From the NCBI GenBank assembly GCA_034722275.1, contig JAYENW010000022.1, positions 1,213 to 65,212 of the forward strand: a stretch of DNA of 64,000 bases, written 5' to 3'. Position numbers and translations under genes: made by a program. Positions 1 to 8,732 of this stretch are shown here, one piece after another; within the stretch, counting starts at the first letter, position 1; every line of letters starts with the position of its first letter. The notes below the pieces were generated by a model, which saw only the letters and a list, made by a program, of their open reading frames with translations, was not told the origin of the DNA and did not search any database. Origin of the DNA: Chloroflexota bacterium. Its GTDB lineage: Bacteria > Chloroflexota > Dehalococcoidia > GIF9 > AB-539-J10.

Positions 1-933
1 GACATTGCTGTCCTAGCTCAGCACTTCGTGGAATATTTCGGCCTGTCATCCTATCCCAACCTGTTGGAGCTTAAGCTGGTCCTTGATCTTCACCACCAGA
101 TAGTTTCTATCCAGCCAGGTTGCCTGGGAGGCCTAGCTGCATGCCATTACCTAGACAGAAGTGATAAGCTGAATATAGAATATGAAGGGACTGATTGGCT
201 GGGCAGGAACGAATTTTCCATAGTGCACGAGTGCTACGAGGCAATACAGGAAACCTTTGAGGTAATGACCACTGGATATAAGGCGTATCGAGATCCTACT
301 AACTTATGTATGAAGCCCTATGCGGACAGGTTTGCAGCAGCAGTGTTGATGCAACCTGAAGTGTTTATCCCCGCTGTCATAGAGACGGGACTGGATGTGT
401 GTTCCTTGCGAAGATACTTTTACAACCGCTCCTACGCTTCGGTGGCTATACGCATTAAGGAATTGTTCAAGCCACCTGTTGTCGATGATGGCATTGATTT
501 CTTAATAGCTATCTATGACCGTGAGAGTGAGAGTGAGCCGCAAGATTGGGACTTCAACTGCAACTCCAGTGATTTCCACGCTGGTTGTGTGGTTAAGACT
601 TCGGGAATAAGACTGAGCAGAAGTAAAAGGCGCGTCAACCTCAAGGCTTACCTTCTTCCTCGTCGATTATTCCCGGTAAGAGGTGAAAAGCCAGCACCGG
701 GATTTATCGTCGACGAGATCATCCAGTGTAAGAAGCCCGTATACTTTGAAAATGCGATGTTCGATCTGCTCGGCGCCAACGAGATGACGCTTCTTGCACG
801 CCCTGTCTATTGGTATGGCAGGTTGGCCAAGGTCGTGGTCATCGCGGTGCGCCGAAAGGATTCCGGCTTGCTGCAAAAGCAGCTGGAAGGGCTGTCCCAG
901 TTAGATATAAGGCCGTTAGTATATATAAGCTGA
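1..933 (+). CDS. ImmA/IrrE-family (COG2856/DUF955-like) putative metallopeptidase with a degenerate HEXXH motif; likely 5'-partial because the frame is open to the window start
   Basis: The ORF at 28..933 begins with GTG and its frame stays open back to nt 1. The motif block SIVHECYEA...YADRFAAAVLMQPEVF matches the ImmA/IrrE signature HELGH...EANxFAAxLLMPxE, but HEXXH is replaced by H-E-C-Y-E. Confidence 0.4.
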   Translation, partial: DIAVLAQHFVEYFGLSSYPNLLELKLVLDLHHQIVSIQPGCLGGLAACHYLDRSDKLNIEYEGTDWLGRNEFSIVHECYEAIQETFEVMTTGYKAYRDPTNLCMKPYADRFAAAVLMQPEVFIPAVIETGLDVCSLRRYFYNRSYASVAIRIKELFKPPVVDDGIDFLIAIYDRESESEPQDWDFNCNSSDFHAGCVVKTSGIRLSRSKRRVNLKAYLLPRRLFPVRGEKPAPGFIVDEIIQCKKPVYFENAMFDLLGANEMTLLARPVYWYGRLAKVVVIAVRRKDSGLLQKQLEGLSQLDIRPLVYIS

Positions 934-2640
934 GAGACACTTTTATGCTATGGTTAAGGATAAATATGTGGAGACTCTATGCCTCGCCGAGTAGAAGAGT
1001 GCTCTATGAACAAAAATATTAGTGCTGAAAGGAGTAATAAATGACAAGAGAAGAAAACAAACCGTTAGTCAGAAACCTGTCTTATCTTTTCATAGGAGGA
1101 GACGTTTAAATGAAAGTAGCCGTTTATGCTAGAGTGTCATCAGAAAAACAGGATGTTGACCTCTCTATTTCAGCGCAACTTAAGGCTCTTAAGGAGTATG
1201 CTGCTCGAAATGGCTATTACGTGGCCAGGGAATTTGTCGATGAGGCTGAAAGCGGCCGAACGGCGGCCCGCCTTGCCTTCCGAAAGATGGTATCTATGGC
1301 ACGTCGGCCGCAAAAGCCTTTTGATATGATACTAGTGTGGAAGTATTCCCGCTTTGCTCGTAGCCGTGAAGATTCCATAGTCTACAAGACCATGCTGAGG
1401 AAAAACGGTGTTCAAGTCATCTCTATTACCGAGCCATTTGAGGATACACCTACAGGCAGGCTTCTTGAGGCTATGATCGAGAGCCTGGATGAATTTTACT
1501 CGGCCAATCTGGGTGAAGAGGTCACCAGAGGCATGAGGGAAAGCGCCTCCCGTGGCTTTTACCTCTCCAGCAATGCTCCTTATGGCTACTGTAAGATAAA
1601 AGTAAAAGATGGCGATAAAAAGCGCCCCAGACTTGAGCCTGAGCCAAATCAGGCAAGAGTGGTAGGCACCATGTTTAGCGGAGTACTCCAGGGCAAGGGG
1701 CTAAAGGAAATCGTAAAGGAACTGAACCACAGTGGGATTGCCGGACCAAGAAGAAAGAGCTGGGGGAAGACTACGATACACAAGATTCTTACCAATGAGG
1801 CGTACGCCGGTACCCTGATCTGGGGGCGAACCAGCAAGCGGAACCTGAAGCCGGTTCGAGTGGAAAATGCCTGGCCAGCCATTATAGACAGGGGAACTTT
1901 TGATAAGGTCCAAACTCAACTCAAGGATCGGGCACCAGCTCAGTTTAATCCGCGCCGGGCAGCTAGCCGCTATCTGTTAAGTGGCCTTGCCAGATGTGGC
2001 TATTGTGGTAAGGCTCTCATCGGACAGGAAGCTAAAGGGGGCCAATTTAATTACTACGTGTGTGGCACCCTGCTCAAGAAAGGGGCTGGCTCCTGCCAGG
2101 CTCGCTACCTCAATAGTCAGAAATTCGAGGCATTGGTAATAAACAAGATAAAAGAGCATCTCCTGACTGAGGAGAATTTGAGAGAGCTGGTTCCTCTAGT
2201 TAATGAGGAGATGGATAGCACCGCTGGTGATTATGGCGACGAGCATGGCATCATCTCAGATGAGATTGCTAACATAAACCACCGCTTGGAGAGATTATAC
2301 GATGCCCTGGAGACAGGGAAGTTAAAGCTTGAGGATCTGGCGCCTCGAATCCAGCAATTGAGACATCGTCAAGAGCAACTGCAGGCTAGAAAGTGGGAAC
2401 TAGAGGCGCTCTTGTCAGACAGGCGAGTTGAGCTAGCTAGTTTGGAAACCGTAACACGCTATGTTGATGACTTGCGCAACTTGCTTAATGAGAGCTCGTT
2501 GACAGAAAGGAAATCGTTTATCAGGAGCTTCGTTAAGGAAGTAAAGGTGACAGGTGACGAAGTATTGCTGACATATACTATGCCACTCCACCCGAAGGTA
2601 TATCCCAGGAGCGGGTGGGAGTTCTTTCTTCTGTCCCTTA
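1..2640. mobile_element. partial integrated element (left) abutting the 3' end of tRNA-Ile; it continues beyond the window start
   Basis: A serine recombinase gene directly adjoins and overlaps the tRNA 3' end, and an ImmA-like gene sits upstream of it. The host core operon recX-recA begins immediately on the other side of the tRNA. Confidence 0.5.
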
Positions 2641-2711
2641 TGGTGGGCCATTGTGGACTCGAACCACAGACCCCAGTCTTATCAGGACTGTGCTCTAACC
2701 AACTGAGCTAA
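1110..2711 (+). CDS. large serine recombinase (resolvase domain, recombinase domain, zinc ribbon, coiled coil); the C-terminal ~24 codons are read through the antisense of tRNA-Ile
   Basis: N-terminus VAVYARVSSEKQ...SISAQ carries the catalytic serine of the resolvase family. A central recombinase domain is followed by the Cys pairs CGYCGK...YYVCGT and a leucine-rich coiled coil. The RBS aggagga lies upstream of the ATG at 1110. The frame stays open across the tRNA at 2641-2717 until a TAA at 2709-2711. Confidence 0.85.
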   Translation: MKVAVYARVSSEKQDVDLSISAQLKALKEYAARNGYYVAREFVDEAESGRTAARLAFRKMVSMARRPQKPFDMILVWKYSRFARSREDSIVYKTMLRKNGVQVISITEPFEDTPTGRLLEAMIESLDEFYSANLGEEVTRGMRESASRGFYLSSNAPYGYCKIKVKDGDKKRPRLEPEPNQARVVGTMFSGVLQGKGLKEIVKELNHSGIAGPRRKSWGKTTIHKILTNEAYAGTLIWGRTSKRNLKPVRVENAWPAIIDRGTFDKVQTQLKDRAPAQFNPRRAASRYLLSGLARCGYCGKALIGQEAKGGQFNYYVCGTLLKKGAGSCQARYLNSQKFEALVINKIKEHLLTEENLRELVPLVNEEMDSTAGDYGDEHGIISDEIANINHRLERLYDALETGKLKLEDLAPRIQQLRHRQEQLQARKWELEALLSDRRVELASLETVTRYVDDLRNLLNESSLTERKSFIRSFVKEVKVTGDEVLLTYTMPLHPKVYPRSGWEFFLLSLMVGHCGLEPQTPVLSGLCSNQLS

Positions 2712-2717
2712 TGGCCC
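2641..2717 (-). tRNA. tRNA-Ile (anticodon GAT), with encoded CCA
   Basis: Reverse complement reads GGGCCATTAGCTCAGTTGGTTAGAGCACAGTCCTGATAAGACTGGGGTCTGTGGTTCGAGTCCACAATGGCCCACCA. It has a 7-bp acceptor stem, the anticodon loop CT-GAT-AA and a GTTCGAGTC T-loop. Confidence 0.85.
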
Positions 2718-2781
2718 CTAAATACGCTATCCCGATTTCCTCAGGCTGAGCTTATATTTTAAGGGAAAGGCGGGTAATTTC

Positions 2782-3258
2782 TCAAGTTTTGCTCTTATTC
2801 TCCTGCCACAAACGCACTGCTGTCTGGCGGATAACTTCGTAGCTGAAACCACGATAGGCGAGATAACTGGATAATCGTCGACGAAATTCGGGATAATCCA
2901 GGTGAGTCAACAGGTGCAGACGGCGGCAAGCCAGTCTGTAGGCGCTGTCCTCGTCATTTACATTTTCAATGATGCGTTCAATAATTTCCCGGGCTACTTT
3001 CTTATCTTTCAATTCCTGCGCTATCAGTCTCTTGCTTCTGGGTTGGGATGATAGGCGGCTATCCCGCCAGGATTCGGCAAAGGCAAGGTCATCAATCAAT
3101 TCTTGCTCTTTAAGGTTGCTGATTGTCTTATCCACAACTTCATCATCGAAGCTGCGTCGGCAGAGATATTTCCTCAACTCGGCCTCACTACGCGCACGGT
3201 AGCTGAGATAGCGGTAGGCACTATCGAGGCAGCGTTGCAGTGTGCTGTCATCTAACAA
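2782..3258 (-). CDS. recX: recombination regulator RecX
   Basis: 158-aa helical protein directly downstream of recA on the same strand. Repeated helical modules match the RecX family. Confidence 0.75.
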   Translation of the reverse strand: MLDDSTLQRCLDSAYRYLSYRARSEAELRKYLCRRSFDDEVVDKTISNLKEQELIDDLAFAESWRDSRLSSQPRSKRLIAQELKDKKVAREIIERIIENVNDEDSAYRLACRRLHLLTHLDYPEFRRRLSSYLAYRGFSYEVIRQTAVRLWQENKSKT

Positions 3259-3273
3259 TTTTCTGGCTCAGCT

Positions 3274-4308
3274 TCATTCGGTGGGAGCAAGCGTCTCTGC
3301 ATTTCTCAAAGAGACATTTGCGGTGGGTGTTGCAGCTCGTATTTGCTGCTCTATCTGCGTTGCAAGTTCGGGATGTTGTTTGAAATACTCCTTGGCGCTT
3401 TCTCTGCCCTGTCCCAATTTTGTTTCACCATAAGTAAAGAAAGCTCCACTCTTCTTTAGCACTCCCGTTGTCACTCCCAGATCAACCAGGTCTCCCTCTT
3501 TGCTTATGCCGTGGTTAAACATGAGGTCGAATATAGTGCTGCGAAAAGGAGGCGCCATTTTATTCTTGACTATTTTAGCTCTTACTCTGTTGCCTATTAT
3601 CTCCGAGCCTTGTTTAATGGAATCGACTCTTCTTAAATCTATGCGCACTGAACTGTAGAATTTGAGCGCTCGGCCTCCCGGGGTTACTTCAGGGTTGCCG
3701 AAAATAATGCCCACTTTCTCTCGCAGTTGGTTAATGAAAATCACTGATGTCTTGGAGTGGCCTATAGCGGCTGTCAGTTTCCTCAAAGCCTGGGACATCA
3801 ATCTTGCCTGCAAGCCCACATGAGTGTCACCCATATCACCTTCTATTTCTGCCTTGGGCACTAGTGCAGCTACACTATCAATCACTATCACATCTACGCC
3901 ACCGCTCCTCACCAGAGTCTCGGTGATTTCCAGCGCCTGTTCGCCGAAATCGGGCTGTGAAATAAGCAGGTCATCCACTTTGACGCCGCAGTTGGCAGCG
4001 TAGACTGGGTCGAGAGCATGCTCGGCATCAATGTAAGCCACAATGGCGCCGAGCTTTTGAGCCTCAGCGATTATATGCTGGGCGAGTGTGGTTTTCCCTG
4101 AAGCCTCAGAACCAAAGATCTCGGTAACCCGTCCTCGAGGTATGCCACCTATGCCCAGAGCCAGATCTAATCCCAGCGACCCGGTGGGGATGACATCTTC
4201 AGATGTATTGGCTGAGATCTGACCCAGCCTCATAATGGAACCTTTGCCAAAGTGTTTTTCCACCTGTTCGACAGCCAGCTCTACTGCCTTTTCTTTCTCT
4301 GTTGCCAT
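3274..4308 (-). CDS. recA: recombinase RecA
   Basis: Walker [14 protein letters not shown], plus the conserved RecA blocks IDAEHALDP and [28 protein letters not shown]. Confidence 0.95.
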   Translation of the reverse strand: MATEKEKAVELAVEQVEKHFGKGSIMRLGQISANTSEDVIPTGSLGLDLALGIGGIPRGRVTEIFGSEASGKTTLAQHIIAEAQKLGAIVAYIDAEHALDPVYAANCGVKVDDLLISQPDFGEQALEITETLVRSGGVDVIVIDSVAALVPKAEIEGDMGDTHVGLQARLMSQALRKLTAAIGHSKTSVIFINQLREKVGIIFGNPEVTPGGRALKFYSSVRIDLRRVDSIKQGSEIIGNRVRAKIVKNKMAPPFRSTIFDLMFNHGISKEGDLVDLGVTTGVLKKSGAFFTYGETKLGQGRESAKEYFKQHPELATQIEQQIRAATPTANVSLRNAETLAPTE

Positions 4309-4368
4309 TTTTGATATCTTAGCTTACTGACCTTATTAATGCAATAAAATTTTGATATAAAGATGTAT

Positions 4369-5052
4369 TTATGCTCTATTCTGCCTGCGCCTCTGCTGCA
4401 TGAAAGGAATTAGCCAGGCCATGCCGCCAAGAAGTAGAGCCTCGACAACCAGGGTTATGCCGCCTGCTATGGCAACATCTTGCCAGAAGGGAGGGGGAAA
4501 TAGCATTATTAGGTAATCCTTGCTCGGGTCAAGTATCCATGGTGATTGTGAGGGGTCACCAAAAGCAAGATAATGGAAGCCGATAAATAACTGCTGGAAA
4601 CCAATGAAAGATACAATACCCACTATTGCTATGAAAGCTAAGGTGAGAGCGCTTCCCCATCTTACTCCTGCGGCCAAATCCTGCCACTTGTTTTTTCTCC
4701 ACAAGAGAAAGAGCAAAGCATAGATAATGATATAGGCCAGGCTTGCTATCTGGATGAGATAATCAATTTGAAATAGCCTTTTTACGTCCTGCAGGTGGTC
4801 AACCTCATAATCATGGAATAACTCAAAAATCTGAGGTGTCTCCACCCTGGAATTGAAATAGTCAATGAGTTTATCGGCGGTCTCTTTTAACTGCGCCTCA
4901 TTCAGCCCGGTAACCTGGCTCACCTGATATTTATGGAAGCCATACTGGTAAAGCTGTGTACTGCTCACCCCCGCACGCACAGTAGTGGTAAGAAGCAGAA
5001 TGGGAATGCAAATTATAAATAGCCAGCGAGTAATAGTTTTAATGATTTTCAA
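4369..5052 (-). CDS. integral membrane protein (TIGR01906/DUF1461-like)
   Basis: 227 aa with an N-terminal transmembrane segment, a soluble region and 3-4 further hydrophobic helices. The family assignment is from memory only. Confidence 0.4.
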   Translation of the reverse strand: MKIIKTITRWLFIICIPILLLTTTVRAGVSSTQLYQYGFHKYQVSQVTGLNEAQLKETADKLIDYFNSRVETPQIFELFHDYEVDHLQDVKRLFQIDYLIQIASLAYIIIYALLFLLWRKNKWQDLAAGVRWGSALTLAFIAIVGIVSFIGFQQLFIGFHYLAFGDPSQSPWILDPSKDYLIMLFPPPFWQDVAIAGGITLVVEALLLGGMAWLIPFMQQRRRQNRA

Positions 5053-5116
5053 ATTTTAATCCTCAGTTCCCTTTGGCTGCCAGGAAGTGGTGATGGAAAC
5101 CCATGTTATAATTTAA

Positions 5117-8100
5117 ATGATGCCACACAAGTTTGTCCATCTTCATGTCCACACTGAATACAGCCTCCTCGATGGTCTGTGCCATATTCCCCAGCTTATC
5201 GCCAGGACCAAGGAATTGGGTATGGATAGTCTTGCTATCACGGACCATGGTGTCATGTATGGCGTCATTGATTTTTACCTGGCAGCTAAAAAAGCGGGGA
5301 TAAAACCAATCATTGGCTGTGAAGTCTATGTGGCTAAAAACGATTGCCGCAACCGAGACCACAATTATAAAAATCCCTTTCATCTCACTTTGCTTGCTAA
5401 GAATGAAGTGGGATACCGTAATTTAATCAAATTGGTTACCAAAAGTCACCTGGAGGGATTTTACTATAAACCCAGGGTAGATAAAGAGCTTCTCAAAATT
5501 CATCATGATGGGCTTATTGCTCTTTCTGGCTGTGCTCAGGGGGAAGTGTCCCAACTCATTCTGGCAAAACAGTTTGATGAAGCTGCCAGGGTGGCTTCAT
5601 GGTATAAGGAGCTCTTCGGTGATTATTATTTCGAAATTCAGAGACATCCCATCCCGGAGCTTGAGCAAATCAATGAAGGCCTCATTTCCCTATCTGCCAA
5701 GCTGGACATACCGCCAGTAGCCACCTTTGATGTTCATTATGTGGAGCAAAAGGATGCCCCGTCTCATGAGTTGTTGTTATGTATACAGACGAATACCTCA
5801 ATTCATGATGAAAAAAGGCTCAAGATGGCCGGCGATTTCTTTTATCTCAGAAGTCCCCAGGAAGTGGAGCAGTTATTTTCGGATTTACCTCAGGCGGTGG
5901 AAAACACAGAGCGCATCGCTGATATGTGCAACCTGGAACTGGATTTCACGCAACTTCACCTGCCCAAGGTATCTTTACCGTCACAGCAAACAGCCGATGC
6001 CTTTCTGGCTGAGCTTTGCTGGCAGGGACTGGAAAAGCGCTTTCCTGATGCTGCTTCCGGGGTGAAAGAGCGTCTGAGCTATGAGCTTGATGTCATTGCC
6101 AAGACAAACTTTGCAGACTATTTCCTGGTTGTCTGGGACATAACCTCGTTTGCCAGAAAACAAGGTATTTACTTTGGAGTTCGTGGCAGCGCCGCCGCCA
6201 GTTTGGCGCTCTACTGTCTGGGCGTCACTGATATTGACCCTCTGGCTTATGGACTTGTTTTTGAGCGCTTCCTCAATGTAGAGCGCAGTGAAATGCCGGA
6301 TATTGACCTCGATTTTCAGGATGACCGTCGTGATGAAGTTCTGGCCTATGTTACCCAGAAATATGGCTCTGATTATGTAGCTCAAATTATCACTTTCGGG
6401 ACACTGGGGGCTAAAGCGGCTGTGAGAGATACTGGCCGCGCTCTTGGTCTACCTTATGCACAGGTAGATCGAGTAGCCAGGCTTATTCCCACAGAGCTGA
6501 CTATAACCCTGGAGGGGGCTTTACAGGAAAGCACGGAGCTTCATGATATCTATTCTCGTGATGAAGTTGTACACAATCTGATTGACTCAGCCATGAAATT
6601 AGAGGGGACTATCAGGCATGCCAGCACTCATGCTGCCGGTGTTGTCATATCGCGTGACTTATTGACCAATTATGTTCCTCTGCAAATGACTGGCAAGGGA
6701 GAGCAGCGTGTCATTGTGACTCAGTTTCATATGGGAAACATCGCACGCCTGGGATTGCTGAAAATGGACTTTCTGGGTTTATCCAATCTCACCATTCTGG
6801 ACAGAGCCAAGAAAACCATTGAGCAGAGCCAGGGAATCTCCCTGGACTGGCAGCATCTTCCTCTGGATGACTCCAGAACATTTGAATTGCTCGCCTCGGG
6901 GGAAACCAGAGGCGTCTTTCAATTGGAGGGCACTGGTATGCGGCGCTATATCAAGGAGCTCAGGCCTTCCAATTTTGGTGATATCGCTGCCATGATAGCG
7001 CTTTACCGCCCGGGGCCAATGGAGCAAATCCCTACCTTCATCAAGGCCAAGCAGGGAGCTATCCCAGTTAGCTATCCCCATCCTGCATTGAAAGAAATAC
7101 TGAAAGAAACCTATGGGGTTATTGTATACCAGGAGCAGGTGCTGTTTATTGCACAGGCTTTAGCTGGATACAGTCTGGGTCAGGCTGATATTCTGCGCAA
7201 AGCCATGGGGAAAAAGATACCCCAGGTGATGAAGAAAGAAAAGCGGAATTTCCTCAGCGGTGCTAAAGAGAAGGGGATATCGCTGCAATTAGCCCAGGAG
7301 GTTTTTGCGCTTATTGAACCTTTTGCTGGCTATGCCTTCAACAAGGCTCACAGCATCAGCTACGCTACCATTGCTTATCGCACTGCCTATCTTAAAGCAA
7401 ACTATCCCGCTGAATATATGACTGCCTTTCTTAACACCTATTCCGATAACATGGAAAAGGTTCGCTCGGCGATTGCTGAGTGCCGCAGATTGGGTATCAG
7501 GGTGCTGCCGCCAGACATCAATAAGAGTCAGGCTGACTTTGTTATGGAGAAAGAAGAGAAAAATCCTGCTATCCGTTTTGCCTTAGCCGCTATCAAAAAT
7601 GTGGGACGTTCTCCTATTGAGAATGTGCTCTTCGCTCGCAAGCAAGATGGTGTTTTCAAGTCCATAGAGGATTTTTCTTATCGGGTTGATTTGCGAAACA
7701 TCAACAGGAAAGTGCTCGAAAGTCTGATTAAAGCTGGTGCTTTCGATTGCCTGAGCAGCCGCAAAATCCTCCTGGAGTCTGCCGATAGAATTATCTCCTT
7801 AGCCCAGGCTTCCAGGAGAATGCGGGAAGCCGGTCAAACTAACATGTTTGCTGTATGGGGAGAGGCATCTCCCGGCTTCGCCTCTATTGCAAATGAGGGC
7901 AGAGTTGAGGATGTTTCTGTAAAGGAAAAACTGCTCTGGGAAAGGGAGCTGATGGGCACCTATTTTTCACAGATGCTCGATTTACCTTCTCGGAGTTTGT
8001 CTTCACTGGATGCCGTTTCTTGTGGTGAGATTGGCTCTGAAATGGAGGGCGAAACGGTAACCCTGAGTGGCGTGGTGACCGCTATGCGTCAATCCTATAC

Positions 8101-8629
8101 TCGAGAGGGGCAACCTTTCGTTATAGCAACGCTGGAAGATTTGGAGGGTGAAATTGAGGTTGATACCTGGCCCAGAGCATATAAAAACACCTGGAAATTT
8201 TGGGAGGAAGGCAATGTCCTTACAGTTAAGGGTGTTGTCAGGATGAGAGGCGATAGAATTCAATTAAATTGCCAGGAAGTGCAGTATTATCACCGTAGTG
8301 GACAGGACAGCGTCGTTGCTACCTCTTCTTCATCGTCAGAGTCAGCGCAAAAGCCATCTATAGCGGAGGCAAAACAAAGCCGGCTCATCATAAATGTCAA
8401 TCAGTCACAAGAAACGACAAGAGATATTGAATGTCTGCACAAAATCGTGGATGTCTTGAAGGCTTATCCTGGAGAGGACAAGGTGTCCCTCGTTGTGATC
8501 AATGAAGATGAAGTAACTAATCTGGAGATACCGCAGTTAATGGTTGACCGCTCTCCTGAGTTGAAGCGTGAACTGGACGATATAGTGAACGAGTTCGAGC
8601 CCAGAGTGTTTATTTGCTACCCTGAATAG
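5117..8629 (+). CDS. dnaE: DNA polymerase III alpha subunit
   Basis: N-terminal PHP domain FVHLHVHTEYSLLDG...IIGCEVYVA. 1170 aa with polymerase core motifs and a C-terminal OB region. Confidence 0.95.
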   Translation: MMPHKFVHLHVHTEYSLLDGLCHIPQLIARTKELGMDSLAITDHGVMYGVIDFYLAAKKAGIKPIIGCEVYVAKNDCRNRDHNYKNPFHLTLLAKNEVGYRNLIKLVTKSHLEGFYYKPRVDKELLKIHHDGLIALSGCAQGEVSQLILAKQFDEAARVASWYKELFGDYYFEIQRHPIPELEQINEGLISLSAKLDIPPVATFDVHYVEQKDAPSHELLLCIQTNTSIHDEKRLKMAGDFFYLRSPQEVEQLFSDLPQAVENTERIADMCNLELDFTQLHLPKVSLPSQQTADAFLAELCWQGLEKRFPDAASGVKERLSYELDVIAKTNFADYFLVVWDITSFARKQGIYFGVRGSAAASLALYCLGVTDIDPLAYGLVFERFLNVERSEMPDIDLDFQDDRRDEVLAYVTQKYGSDYVAQIITFGTLGAKAAVRDTGRALGLPYAQVDRVARLIPTELTITLEGALQESTELHDIYSRDEVVHNLIDSAMKLEGTIRHASTHAAGVVISRDLLTNYVPLQMTGKGEQRVIVTQFHMGNIARLGLLKMDFLGLSNLTILDRAKKTIEQSQGISLDWQHLPLDDSRTFELLASGETRGVFQLEGTGMRRYIKELRPSNFGDIAAMIALYRPGPMEQIPTFIKAKQGAIPVSYPHPALKEILKETYGVIVYQEQVLFIAQALAGYSLGQADILRKAMGKKIPQVMKKEKRNFLSGAKEKGISLQLAQEVFALIEPFAGYAFNKAHSISYATIAYRTAYLKANYPAEYMTAFLNTYSDNMEKVRSAIAECRRLGIRVLPPDINKSQADFVMEKEEKNPAIRFALAAIKNVGRSPIENVLFARKQDGVFKSIEDFSYRVDLRNINRKVLESLIKAGAFDCLSSRKILLESADRIISLAQASRRMREAGQTNMFAVWGEASPGFASIANEGRVEDVSVKEKLLWERELMGTYFSQMLDLPSRSLSSLDAVSCGEIGSEMEGETVTLSGVVTAMRQSYTREGQPFVIATLEDLEGEIEVDTWPRAYKNTWKFWEEGNVLTVKGVVRMRGDRIQLNCQEVQYYHRSGQDSVVATSSSSSESAQKPSIAEAKQSRLIINVNQSQETTRDIECLHKIVDVLKAYPGEDKVSLVVINEDEVTNLEIPQLMVDRSPELKRELDDIVNEFEPRVFICYPE

Positions 8630-8676
8630 TTTTGTGTCATTGTTGGGCCCTCTCCTTGATAGCTCACATCGTTTAT

Positions 8677-8705
8677 TTGAGTAAAGGCTTCTCGTAAGCT
8701 ATAAT
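8677..8705 (+). promoter_or_regulatory. sigma70-like promoter for aspS (TTGAGT, 17-nt spacer, TATAAT)
   Basis: TTGAGT at about 8677-8682 and TATAAT at about 8700-8705 with exact 17-nt spacing. This sits about 30 nt upstream of the TTG start of aspS. Manually counted coordinates may be off by 1. Confidence 0.4.
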
Positions 8706-8732
8706 GCGGGGACAAGTTAAGGAGTTTGCATC

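Noticed and set aside
5063-5383. 106-aa minus-strand ORF overlapping the dnaE start
   Set aside because: It is antisense to the conserved PHP-domain N-terminus of DnaE. It has no RBS and no motif.
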